A DNA stretch of 64,000 bases. Source: an uncultured Gammaproteobacteria bacterium. Lineage in GTDB: Bacteria > Patescibacteriota > Microgenomatia > UBA8517. The notes beneath the pieces are model-generated. The model was not told the origin of the DNA and ran no database searches. It saw only the letters and a list, made by a program, of their open reading frames with translations. This document shows positions 9,056-17,710 of the stretch, in pieces (the stretch's first letter is position 1; each line of letters opens with the position of its first letter). The DNA is taken from assembly GCA_964587425.1 (NCBI GenBank), contig CAZPLB010000003.1, positions 60,763 through 124,762 of the forward strand, written 5' to 3'. The translations under genes were made by a program, and so were the position numbers.

Positions 9056-9754
9056 ATGGCAAGAGAGCATTTCTTCGAAACTGGTCCTACACAATCTCTT
9101 CTTTCCCGAGAAACAATTCTTTATGAGATGCGACAAGGCAGTGTTGTTATAGACCCTTTTAATGAAAGTCAATTAAATACTGTGAGCTATGATGTCACAC
9201 TTGGGTCTCATTATTATCGTCCTAATCCAAATCACGGTCTCCGCGTCTACAATCCATGGAACGAGGATCATGTAAGAAGGTATTGGGGAGAGCCCTACGA
9301 AGCAAAAACTGCTTGGGAAGAATTTCGTGGAGATTGTCATGAGTTTGGCTTAAATGCTAACGACAGAGTAATCATTTTACAGCCCAAGGAAATGATACTA
9401 GGTCACACAAACGAGTTTATTGGTGGAAAAGGAACTGTGGCACCCATGATGAAGGCACGCTCTTCTATTGGTAGAAACGGCGACGTTGTATGTAAATGTG
9501 CAGGTTGGGGAGACATCGGCTACACAAATCGATGGACCATGGAAATTGAAAGTAGTTTGAGTATACCTAGTATCTTAATTATTGGTGAAAGTGTTGCACA
9601 AATTGTCTTTTTCAAAACTGATCCAATATTAGGTCAGGATTACACTTCAGGTGGTAAGTATCAGGATACAGATGATATGGATACTATTAAAAGCCAATGG
9701 TCACCAGAATCTATGTTGCCAAAATTGTGGAAGGATAGGATGAAAAGCAAATGA
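9056..9754 (+). CDS. dcd: dCTP deaminase-family protein (Dcd-like, extended)
   Basis: 232 aa. Alignable with Dcd: 'LSRETIL...VIDPF...TVSYDVTLG', 'KARSSIGRNG' (Dcd GRSSLARLG), 'GWGD', 'AQIVFF'. About 40 aa longer than canonical Dcd because of an internal insertion. Confidence 0.7.
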   Translation: MAREHFFETGPTQSLLSRETILYEMRQGSVVIDPFNESQLNTVSYDVTLGSHYYRPNPNHGLRVYNPWNEDHVRRYWGEPYEAKTAWEEFRGDCHEFGLNANDRVIILQPKEMILGHTNEFIGGKGTVAPMMKARSSIGRNGDVVCKCAGWGDIGYTNRWTMEIESSLSIPSILIIGESVAQIVFFKTDPILGQDYTSGGKYQDTDDMDTIKSQWSPESMLPKLWKDRMKSK

Positions 9755-10194
9755 AATTAAAAACAAAAAGGATAGACAAATCTTTAGAGCTTCCAAAATA
9801 TGAAAAAGGAGCAGCCTGTTTCGACTTTGTTTGTCGTGAAGACGCTACCATTAAACCAAAAGAAATAAAACTAGTTCCATCAAACTCAGTCATTAAGGTG
9901 CCTGTTGGATACTCAATTTTAATTTTTTCAAGAAGCAGCACCCCTTTGAGGAAAGGCTTGATGTTGGCTAATGGAGTTGGAGTGTTGGATTCTTTTTATT
10001 GTGGTGATAAAGATGAAATAATGCTCGAGTTTATGAATATTTCAAATAAAATTGTGGAAATAAAAAGGGGAGAAAAACTTGCTCAGGGAATGTTAATTAA
10101 GCATGAAACAGTAGAATGGGAAGAGGTTGAAAAAATGGAAGATAAAGGTCGCGGAGGATATATTACTGATTTAAACATAAAAAATAAAAAATGA
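9751..10194 (+). CDS. dut: dUTP diphosphatase (trimeric dUTPase)
   Basis: 147 aa; motifs 'RSS', 'GVLDSFYCG' (dUTPase motif III, GxxDxDYRG-like), C-terminal 'RGGYIT' (motif V, RGxxGFGS-like). Confidence 0.85.
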   Translation: MKLKTKRIDKSLELPKYEKGAACFDFVCREDATIKPKEIKLVPSNSVIKVPVGYSILIFSRSSTPLRKGLMLANGVGVLDSFYCGDKDEIMLEFMNISNKIVEIKRGEKLAQGMLIKHETVEWEEVEKMEDKGRGGYITDLNIKNKK

Positions 10195-11132
10195 ACACAG
10201 AAAGAAACGAAACAAAACAGAGAGTAAATGCAGGAGCAGAAGAACACCTCGGTATACCAATTCCTGTTCTAGATCATGGCTTCGTAATTCTTGTAGGATA
10301 CATGGGTGACGATCAATCAATAGAAGAAGCAGCGAGAATCTCATACGGTGGTGGTACTAGGTCTGTGAACGAGAGAACAGGTTTGATTAGGTATTTGAGA
10401 CGAAACAAACATACAACTCCTTTTGAGATGGCAGAACTGAAGTTCCATATAAAGATCCCGTTATTTGTTCTTGCACAGATGATTAGACATAGAACAGCAA
10501 ATATTAATCAATTATCGGCTCGTTATTCAGTTATGGACAACGAATTCTATATTCCCGAACCTGAAAATATTGGAATTCAATCGTCAACAAATAGGCAGGG
10601 TAGAGGCCAGGAAGTTGAAGCTAGTCGTGCAGACGAATTTAAGCGATGGTTGATAACGACAGCAATGTTAAGTTACGAAAAGTACGAAGATTTTCTAAAC
10701 GATGACGGAAAAGGTAAACCCAAAAATCCAGATGAACCTATGATTGCGCGTGAATTATCTCGCATGGGTCTGCCACAGAATCTTTATACGCAATTAGTTT
10801 GGAAATGTGATTTACATAACATATTTCATTTTTTAGGGCTTCGTATGGAAAAACACGCACAATGGGAGATTAGAGAATATGCAAACGCGATGGCAACTGT
10901 TGTTAAGGACAGTTTCCCGATTGCATACAAAGCTTTTGAAGACTATGAATTAAATGCGACTCAACTTTCAGCACCAGAAAAAAATATACTAACGGAACTG
11001 ATTATCTCGAAGGGAATTGCCATTACTTTAGAAGAAGTTTATAAACTTGCAGATCAAACGGGTTTAACAAACAAAAGAGAACGAGAAGAATTAATTAATA
11101 AATTTCGCACAATCGAACTGTTGAAAGAATAA
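10191..11132 (+). CDS. thyX: Flavin-dependent thymidylate synthase ThyX
   Basis: 313 aa; ThyX signature 'RHRTANINQLSARYS' (RHR...S-x-RY); about 70 aa of C-terminal extension beyond typical ThyX. Confidence 0.85.
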   Translation: MNTERNETKQRVNAGAEEHLGIPIPVLDHGFVILVGYMGDDQSIEEAARISYGGGTRSVNERTGLIRYLRRNKHTTPFEMAELKFHIKIPLFVLAQMIRHRTANINQLSARYSVMDNEFYIPEPENIGIQSSTNRQGRGQEVEASRADEFKRWLITTAMLSYEKYEDFLNDDGKGKPKNPDEPMIARELSRMGLPQNLYTQLVWKCDLHNIFHFLGLRMEKHAQWEIREYANAMATVVKDSFPIAYKAFEDYELNATQLSAPEKNILTELIISKGIAITLEEVYKLADQTGLTNKREREELINKFRTIELLKE

Positions 11133-11135
11133 CCG

Positions 11136-11597
11136 ATGAATATATACTTTGCAGGTTCGATGGCCGGTGGACAACAATATAAACCTGGAATGGACTTAAT
11201 TGTTGAAGAATTAAGACATCAAGGACATCACATTATGACTGGATTTGTGGTTGGTGAAGAATACGAAGATGGGTACCCAACAAATAATGCGTGGGAAAGA
11301 GACATTCCTTTGTTGCAAGAATGCGATGCAGTTGTCGCCGAAGTTTCACAACTTTCAACAGGAGTTGGAATTGAACTTGGTGTCGCATCAGTAGCATTCG
11401 GAAAACAAATATTATGTCTAAGGGACAAGACACTGGAGCCAACACGTTTATCTCAACTGATAACAAAAGGTCCCTTTATCACCTCACATTACGACCCAAA
11501 GAATAGAGAAGATTTACGAAGTTTATTAAAATATTTTTGTGCACATGTAGGCAACGAAATAGAAAAACAGCAAACAAGAAGAGAGACGGAACTATAA
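11136..11597 (+). CDS. DNPH1/Rcl-like 2'-deoxynucleoside 5'-phosphate N-hydrolase (nucleoside 2-deoxyribosyltransferase superfamily)
   Basis: 153 aa; 'MNIYFAGSMAGG' (DNPH1 YFCGSIRGG) and 'CDAVVAEVSQLSTGVGIELGVASVAFGKQILCL' (DNPH1 ADVVVAEVTQPSLGVGYELGRAVALGKPILCL). Confidence 0.65.
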   Translation: MNIYFAGSMAGGQQYKPGMDLIVEELRHQGHHIMTGFVVGEEYEDGYPTNNAWERDIPLLQECDAVVAEVSQLSTGVGIELGVASVAFGKQILCLRDKTLEPTRLSQLITKGPFITSHYDPKNREDLRSLLKYFCAHVGNEIEKQQTRRETEL

Positions 11598-11601
11598 AAT
11601 T

Positions 11602-12267
11602 ATGTTAATAACTTTTGAAGGGGGGGATGGTGGCGGTAAAACAACTCAAATTGTAGAATTATGTACAAAAATTCGCGCGTTAGGTATCACATGCTCCCTT
11701 TTCAGAGAACCAGGTAGTACAACTATTGGTGATCAAATTAGAGAAATTCTTCACAGCATGGACAACAAGGACAAAATGCAGCCAATGACAGAACTCTTAC
11801 TCTTTGCAGCATCACGAGCACAACTCGTCAGAGAAAAATTACTGCCGGCATTAGAACACGGGGTTGTTGTCCTAGATCGTTTTACGGATAGCACCCTCGC
11901 ATACCAAGGTGGAGGTCATGGTGTAGATGAAGAGATTTTAAGAAGTTTAAACTCTTACGCAACAGGCGGCCTTATTCCAGATTTGACCTTCTTGTTAGAT
12001 ATCGAGCCAGAAATTGGCTTACAAAGAAGACTTGCCGGTCTTGCATTTGGTGAAGAGTGGACAAGATTAGATGACATGGCTATGGATTTTCATCAAAAAG
12101 TGAGATCAAAATATCAAGAAATATCAGGACGCGATGGTGGCGGCAGGTGGGCCATCATTAATGCAAACAATGATCAAGAAACTATTGGCAATGTTATTTG
12201 GCACATAACTGAACAGAGACTAAAGACAAACGGAGTTATAGAAGGGCAGATTAGAAAGGAGAGGTAG
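11602..12267 (+). CDS. tmk: Thymidylate kinase
   Basis: 221 aa; P-loop 'ITFEGGDGGGKTTQ', 'DRF..S..AYQG' LID/DRX motif. Confidence 0.85.
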   Translation: MLITFEGGDGGGKTTQIVELCTKIRALGITCSLFREPGSTTIGDQIREILHSMDNKDKMQPMTELLLFAASRAQLVREKLLPALEHGVVVLDRFTDSTLAYQGGGHGVDEEILRSLNSYATGGLIPDLTFLLDIEPEIGLQRRLAGLAFGEEWTRLDDMAMDFHQKVRSKYQEISGRDGGGRWAIINANNDQETIGNVIWHITEQRLKTNGVIEGQIRKER

Positions 12268-12869
12268 TGGCGGAGAAATTAAGAGCAGTTGTGGGTTGTA
12301 TGTTTTCAGGAAAATCAGACGAGCTCCTTCGACGTGTAACCAGAGCAGAGATTGCAGGACGAAGTGTTCTTGTCTTTAAACCAATAATAGATGACAGATG
12401 GAATAAATTGGAATCAGTTAGATCTCATGCAGGTGGCGAACATGAAGCAATAGCAATAAATAAGCCTTGTGAAATTTTAGAATATATTGGTAAAAATACA
12501 AAGATGGTAGCGGTTGATGAAATACAATTTCTTGATAATACAATAGTTCCAGTAATACTTGCCCTCTTGGAGAGAGATATTGAAGTTAACTTTGCAGGTT
12601 TACCGCTTGATTTCAAAGGTGAACCATTCGGCTCAATGCCAGAACTTTTGGTAAGAGCAGATGAGATATTAAGACTCACAGCAATTTGTACATTTAAAGA
12701 TAACGGTGAAATCTGTGGAGAGGACGCTACAAGAACTCAGAGGCTGGTTAACAATGAACCAGCAAAATGGGATGATCCAGTTGTTTTGATTGGAGCCCAG
12801 GAATCGTATGCCCCTCGTTGTCCAACTCACCACATTATTCCTGGTAAACCGCCTATTATGTTAAAATAG
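12267..12869 (+). CDS. tdk: Thymidine kinase
   Basis: 200 aa; P-loop 'GCMFSGKSDELLRR', 'VFKP..D.R', C-terminal Cys-rich zinc ribbon (C..C...C..H). Confidence 0.85.
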   Translation: MAEKLRAVVGCMFSGKSDELLRRVTRAEIAGRSVLVFKPIIDDRWNKLESVRSHAGGEHEAIAINKPCEILEYIGKNTKMVAVDEIQFLDNTIVPVILALLERDIEVNFAGLPLDFKGEPFGSMPELLVRADEILRLTAICTFKDNGEICGEDATRTQRLVNNEPAKWDDPVVLIGAQESYAPRCPTHHIIPGKPPIMLK

Positions 12870-12876
12870 CCTCACT

Positions 12877-14100
12877 GTGGACAAAATTACTTCTCTCATA
12901 AAACTGGAAGAAAAACGTCAGAAGGAAACTCTCATGATGATTCCTTCTGAAAATTATACTTACCCTGAAGTTCGTACCGCAGTTGGCTCAGTTCTAATGC
13001 ATAAATATTCAGAAGGTTATCCAGGTAAAAGATACTACCAAGGAAATGAATTTATAGATGAAATTGAAAACATTGCAATTGAGGCAGCTATGAAACTTTT
13101 CAAAGTACCACATGCCAATGTCCAACCATATTCTGGTTCTCCAGCAAATGCAGCTGTATATATGGCACTAATGAACCCAGGTGAAACATTGATGGGAATG
13201 AGTTTGTCAGCGGGAGGTCATTTAACTCATGGACATCCAAAAATTACTTTCTCTGGAAAGTTTTTCAATAGTGTCCAATATGGAGTAACAAAAGATGGAT
13301 GGATTGATTATGACGAAGTAAAAAAGTTAGCCAAACATGAAAAACCAAAAGTAATTGTAGCAGGGTTAACTGCATACCCCAGAAATATTGATTGGAAAAA
13401 GTTTGCAGAAATTGCCGATTCAGTTGGAGCATATCTAGTTGCAGACATTTCCCATATAGCTGGTCTTGTTGCAGCCAGTATCATTCCAAGCCCTATTCCT
13501 TTTGTTCACGTCGTGACAACGACAACACATAAAACATTAAGAGGTCCAAGAGGGGCAATCATTATGGTCACCAAAAAGGGGATAGAGAAAGACCTAGATC
13601 TCCCTAAAAAAATAGACAGAGCAGTTTTCCCTGGGATGCAGGGAGGACCGCACAACAATACAACAGCAGGAATTGCAATAGCTCTCGAAAAAGCACAGAA
13701 ACAAGAATTTAAAAAATATGCAAAGAATATAGTTTCAAATGCAAAAAATTTGGCAGAAGAATTAAAGAAAAATAATTTTAATTTGGTAACAGATGGAACA
13801 GATAATCATCTTGTGCTAATCGATCTTCGCAACAAAAATATTGGAGGCAAAGATGCTGCCATACTTTTGGAGAAAGCGGGCATAGTAGTTAATTACAATG
13901 CAATTCCATTTGATCCAAACCCTCCGATGAATCCTTCCGGTATTCGTCTTGGGACACCTGCAATTTCAGTCCGGGGAATGGGGAAGACTGAAATGAAATT
14001 AATTGCAAAGTGGATGAGTGATGTAATTTCAAATCCTTCTTCTGCAAAAAAAGTAAAAAAAGAAGTCCAAAAACTGTGTTCTAAATTTCCATTACAGTAA
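12877..14100 (+). CDS. glyA: Serine hydroxymethyltransferase
   Basis: 407 aa; 'SENYTYPEVR...YSEGYPGKRYY', PLP-lysine region 'VTTTTHKTLRGPRG'. Confidence 0.9.
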   Translation: MDKITSLIKLEEKRQKETLMMIPSENYTYPEVRTAVGSVLMHKYSEGYPGKRYYQGNEFIDEIENIAIEAAMKLFKVPHANVQPYSGSPANAAVYMALMNPGETLMGMSLSAGGHLTHGHPKITFSGKFFNSVQYGVTKDGWIDYDEVKKLAKHEKPKVIVAGLTAYPRNIDWKKFAEIADSVGAYLVADISHIAGLVAASIIPSPIPFVHVVTTTTHKTLRGPRGAIIMVTKKGIEKDLDLPKKIDRAVFPGMQGGPHNNTTAGIAIALEKAQKQEFKKYAKNIVSNAKNLAEELKKNNFNLVTDGTDNHLVLIDLRNKNIGGKDAAILLEKAGIVVNYNAIPFDPNPPMNPSGIRLGTPAISVRGMGKTEMKLIAKWMSDVISNPSSAKKVKKEVQKLCSKFPLQ

Positions 14101-14173
14101 TTTTCCCCGTATCAAATTACCCAAAAAACAGGTATAATTACCCAAAGTTGGAGACAACTTTTTTTAATACCAA

Positions 14174-14983
14174 ATGACAACTACAATATTTGACGGGAAG
14201 ACTTTTGCAAAGGAAAGAGAGAAACTTCTTAAACTAAAAGTAAAAGAATTGAAGGCGACCAAAGGCGTACCAAAACTTGTAGCAATTCTAGTAGGCCGAG
14301 ATAAAGCAAGTTTAATATATACAAACCTCAAGAAAAAAACTGCAGAGAGAGTTGGCATTAAGTTTCAAGTTGTGAAATTTCCATCAACTACTGACTACAA
14401 AGAAATCATCAAAAAAATCAAAGAATTGAATAAGGAAGATAGTGTCCATGGAGTTATGGTTCAATTGCCTCTCCCCATTGAACTAAAAAAGAAAACAAGA
14501 GTTATCTTGCAGTCCATAGACAAAAACAAAGATGTTGATGGATTAAGAGTCAAAAGCATTTATACCCCAGCAGCTGTCAAAGCAGTAAGTGAAATCATTC
14601 AATATGTAATTAAACCTTTGGCATATATAGGTAAAAAGGCAGCAGTAGTAGGAGCAGCAGGAACTGTAGGAAAAGGGGTAACCAAAGAATTAACTAGAAT
14701 GGGATTCAAAGTATGTGAGTGTGAGAAAGGAACAAGAGATTTATATGCCAAACTTCATGAAGTTGATATTGTAGTTAGTGCAACTGGAGTACCAGGATTA
14801 ATATCTAGCCAAATGTTGAAAGAAGGTGTTGTTGCAATTGATGTTGGAGCTCCAAAGGGAGACATTGATTACAAGGCAGTGTCAAAGATGGCCTCCTTTG
14901 TCACCCCAGTTCCAGGTGGAGTAGGACCCGTCACAATTATTTGTCTTCTTGAAAATTTAGTTGAAGCTTGTTATAAAAAGTAG
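14174..14983 (+). CDS. folD: Bifunctional 5,10-methylene-THF dehydrogenase/cyclohydrolase FolD
   Basis: 269 aa; 'IFDGK..A......L...V......G..PKLVAILVGRD.AS..Y', Rossmann 'VVGAAGTVGKG', 'PGGVGPVT'. Confidence 0.85.
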   Translation: MTTTIFDGKTFAKEREKLLKLKVKELKATKGVPKLVAILVGRDKASLIYTNLKKKTAERVGIKFQVVKFPSTTDYKEIIKKIKELNKEDSVHGVMVQLPLPIELKKKTRVILQSIDKNKDVDGLRVKSIYTPAAVKAVSEIIQYVIKPLAYIGKKAAVVGAAGTVGKGVTKELTRMGFKVCECEKGTRDLYAKLHEVDIVVSATGVPGLISSQMLKEGVVAIDVGAPKGDIDYKAVSKMASFVTPVPGGVGPVTIICLLENLVEACYKK

Positions 14984-15346
14984 ATGCCCGTTGAACAATT
15001 CACAAGCCCCAGAGGAGAGAGTCTAATAAAAGTAGTCACAAAACATGGCAAATATAATTGGGTTAACTACTATGAAAACATAGATGCTGCCCTGAAAGGA
15101 TACAAAGAATCGCGTAGTTATTTAAACTTCATGGTGATGCTGTCAGCAGGAATTTCCATTGGAACTATTGTTACAAGTCTAACAATGTTACTTAAAGATC
15201 CTAATGTTGGACCACTTCAAATTGCTGGCATTATCTCACCTATCGGACCTGGAATGATTGGAATTGCATCATTTTTTGACAGTAGAAGTAAACTAAATTC
15301 TGTCAAAAGTACAATACCGGAAATTGAGAACTTCAAAAATAGTTGA
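14984..15346 (+). CDS. Hypothetical membrane protein
   Basis: 120-aa ORF with one or two hydrophobic helices; no domain recognised. Confidence 0.45.
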   Translation: MPVEQFTSPRGESLIKVVTKHGKYNWVNYYENIDAALKGYKESRSYLNFMVMLSAGISIGTIVTSLTMLLKDPNVGPLQIAGIISPIGPGMIGIASFFDSRSKLNSVKSTIPEIENFKNS

Positions 15347-15376
15347 AAATTTAGTTGAAAGTGCTATAACAAATAA

Positions 15377-15646
15377 ATGAGACAAGAATTTGAAGGTTGG
15401 AGCTTAGAGGATCTCCAATTCTTTCGTAAAGAAGCAAGTGAAACAAAGTTATGGCTAGGGGCCTTTGAATTCTTGGGTCTTATGGGTACATCTGTAGTAT
15501 GTGCGGCTTCACGGGATCTTAAAACAGGAGTTATTTGCACGGTTTCACTTGCTACCGGTCTAATTGTTTCTGAAGGAGTACGTAAACTAGTAGGCAGAGA
15601 AATTGAAGCTGTTCAGGAAGCCATCCAAGAGACCATTGATAATTAG
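15377..15646 (+). CDS. Hypothetical small protein
   Basis: 89-aa ORF with one hydrophobic segment; no domain recognised. Confidence 0.4.
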   Translation: MRQEFEGWSLEDLQFFRKEASETKLWLGAFEFLGLMGTSVVCAASRDLKTGVICTVSLATGLIVSEGVRKLVGREIEAVQEAIQETIDN

Positions 15647-15677
15647 ACTTCAACATAGTAAAATACCAAGCATCACA

Positions 15678-15722
15678 TACTTAAGGGACAAGTTCCTGTA
15701 AGCGTAAGCTTCTCCTTAAGTA
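15678..15722 (+). promoter_or_regulatory. 5'-UTR hairpin upstream of rpsB (candidate S2 autoregulatory leader)
   Basis: Inverted repeat TACTTAAGG (15678-15686) / CCTTAAGTA (15714-15722), a 9-bp stem with ~27-nt loop, 29 nt upstream of the rpsB ATG. Confidence 0.3.
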
Positions 15723-15750
15723 GCGGTTTAAGGAACTTTTTGTAAATCAC

Positions 15751-16434
15751 ATGGCAGCAAAGAAAAAATTAGATGTTAGTTTGGAAAGCCTACTTGAAGC
15801 AGGTGCTCATTTTGGTCACCAGATTAGGCGTTGGAACCCAAGAATGAAGCCATTTATATATGGTGAGGAAGATGGTGTTCATATTTTTGATTTAGTAAAA
15901 ACCAAAGAGAAGTTAGAGGAAGCACTCAAAGTTCTAGATGCAGCTAAAAAAGAAGGTAAAGTAATTCTTTTTGTTGGTACCAAGAAACAAGCCCAAGCAA
16001 AAACACAAGAAGTTGCAGAAAAATTGGGAGAGCCATATATAATTCAAAGATTTTTAGGTGGAACGTTTACAAACTTCGACCAAATTAAAAAATCAACCAA
16101 GAAACTTGCTGACATGAAAAAAGACCTGGCATCAGGTGCATATAATACCTTCACTAAAAAAGAAAGACTTTTAATAGCTCGTGAAATTGAAAGACTTGAA
16201 AAGAATTTTGGTGGAATTGCCAAAATGGACAAACTTCCAGATTATGTTGTCATAATTGATACCCACAAAGAAAAATCTGCAATCAGGGAAGCAAAGAGAA
16301 TGGGTGTTATAACTGTCGGACTAACAGACACCAATAGTGATCCAGATGATGTTGATTACGCTATTCCAATGAATGATGACGCTGAAAAATCTATAAATAT
16401 ATTTTTAGAAACAGTAGAGAATTATTTAAAGTAA
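15751..16434 (+). CDS. rpsB: 30S ribosomal protein S2
   Basis: 227 aa; 'LLEAGAHFGHQIRRWNPRMKPFIYGEEDGVHIFDL' is the canonical S2 N-terminus. Confidence 0.9.
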   Translation: MAAKKKLDVSLESLLEAGAHFGHQIRRWNPRMKPFIYGEEDGVHIFDLVKTKEKLEEALKVLDAAKKEGKVILFVGTKKQAQAKTQEVAEKLGEPYIIQRFLGGTFTNFDQIKKSTKKLADMKKDLASGAYNTFTKKERLLIAREIERLEKNFGGIAKMDKLPDYVVIIDTHKEKSAIREAKRMGVITVGLTDTNSDPDDVDYAIPMNDDAEKSINIFLETVENYLK

Positions 16435-16439
16435 CTGCC

Positions 16440-16901
16440 ATGTCCAAACTAGATTTAAAGTTAATATCAAAACTTCACGACGCTACAGGAGCCCCAGTTA
16501 TTAGGGTCAAAAAAGTTTTGGATGAAGTAAAAGGAAATGAAAAGAAAGCATTTGAAATTCTTCAGAAAGAAGGTTTTGAAAAGGTTGCAAAAAGAGAAGG
16601 AAGAGAAACAGGACAAGGAATTATCTTTTCATATATCCACCACTCAGGAAAAATTGGCAGCATGGTCGAACTTCTTTGTGAGACAGACTTTGTTGCAAGA
16701 AATGAATTGTTTGTAGGCTTGGGAAAAAACGTAGCTCTTCAAATTGCATCCATGAATCCAAAAGATGTAAAAGATTTGGAGTCCCAGGATTTTATTAAAG
16801 AGCCTTCAAAAAAAGTGTTAGACTTAGTAAAGGAAGTCATAGCCAAAACTGGTGAGAATATTAAAATTGGTAAGTTCGAAAGAATGGAAATAGGTAAGTA
16901 A
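16440..16901 (+). CDS. tsf: Elongation factor Ts (short form)
   Basis: 153 aa; UBA-like N-terminus 'ISKLHDATGAPVIRVKKVLDEVKGNEKKAFEIL' plus a single core domain; conserved rpsB-tsf synteny. Confidence 0.85.
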   Translation: MSKLDLKLISKLHDATGAPVIRVKKVLDEVKGNEKKAFEILQKEGFEKVAKREGRETGQGIIFSYIHHSGKIGSMVELLCETDFVARNELFVGLGKNVALQIASMNPKDVKDLESQDFIKEPSKKVLDLVKEVIAKTGENIKIGKFERMEIGK

Positions 16902-17455
16902 TGGACGAATTAGCTACACGTAAAAAGATGCAGGGGGCGCTCGATGCACTGCAGAAAATAATTGGAACCATTAGAACAGGCCGAGCTACTCCTGCTCTTC
17001 TTGAAAATCTTGAAGTAGGAGTCTACGGCGGAGCACAAAGACTAAGAATATTAGAGCTCGCAAGTGTCACAACTTCAGACCCGCAAACCCTTGTTGTTGA
17101 CCCATGGGACAAATCAGTTATCGGAGAAATAAAAAAAGGAATAGAAGCTGCAAATATTGGAATGAACCCGGTTATTGATGGAGAAATTATTAGAATCACT
17201 CTCCCAGCCCTAACTACAGAAGACAGAGAAAAGTATGTGAAACTTCTTTCGCAAAAACTTGAGGAATCAAAAATAGTAATTAGACAAATTAGAGGAGAGT
17301 TAATGAAAAATATAAAAAGAGAATTTGAAGAAAAGAAAATTAGAGAAGATGAAAAGTTTGCCTTTGAAAAAAACCTTCAAGTATTAACAGATGAATTCAT
17401 TGGAAAGATAGAAGAAATCGGAGCACGCAAAAAACAAGAGTTACTTCAAATTTAG
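16901..17455 (+). CDS. frr: Ribosome recycling factor
   Basis: 184 aa; 'LDALQKIIGTIRTGRATPALLENLEVGVYG' is typical RRF; start overlaps the tsf stop. Confidence 0.85.
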   Translation: MDELATRKKMQGALDALQKIIGTIRTGRATPALLENLEVGVYGGAQRLRILELASVTTSDPQTLVVDPWDKSVIGEIKKGIEAANIGMNPVIDGEIIRITLPALTTEDREKYVKLLSQKLEESKIVIRQIRGELMKNIKREFEEKKIREDEKFAFEKNLQVLTDEFIGKIEEIGARKKQELLQI

Positions 17456-17640
17456 TTAGCAGGGAAGTTCAAATGTTCTTCAACTCTCTTGATTCTTTTT
17501 TCGTGATTTAAGTGTGCTTTATCAAAGAAATCAATTGTTCGCTTTAGATCTCTTCTTATGATTCGAATATCATTACGAATAGGAACAAGTTTCTTATCAA
17601 ATAACTTTTCAATCGCCCCCAAATCCTGCTTTGTTAACAT
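17452..17640 (-). CDS. Small basic hypothetical protein (questionable)
   Basis: 62-aa ORF filling the frr-rseP gap on the opposite strand; no homology recognised. Confidence 0.3.
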   Translation of the reverse strand: MLTKQDLGAIEKLFDKKLVPIRNDIRIIRRDLKRTIDFFDKAHLNHEKRIKRVEEHLNFPAN

Positions 17641-17710
17641 AATCCATCTTAATTTAGCTAGTTAAATTGTCAACTATATCTTCTAATATCTTTTCTGTTA
17701 GAATTACTTT

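Noticed and set aside
9056-9754. Defensive (anti-phage) dCTP deaminase
   Set aside because: Known defensive Dcd proteins carry extra N-terminal domains and occur in defence islands. This one is embedded in a complete dTMP-synthesis operon with dut and thyX, which favours a metabolic role.
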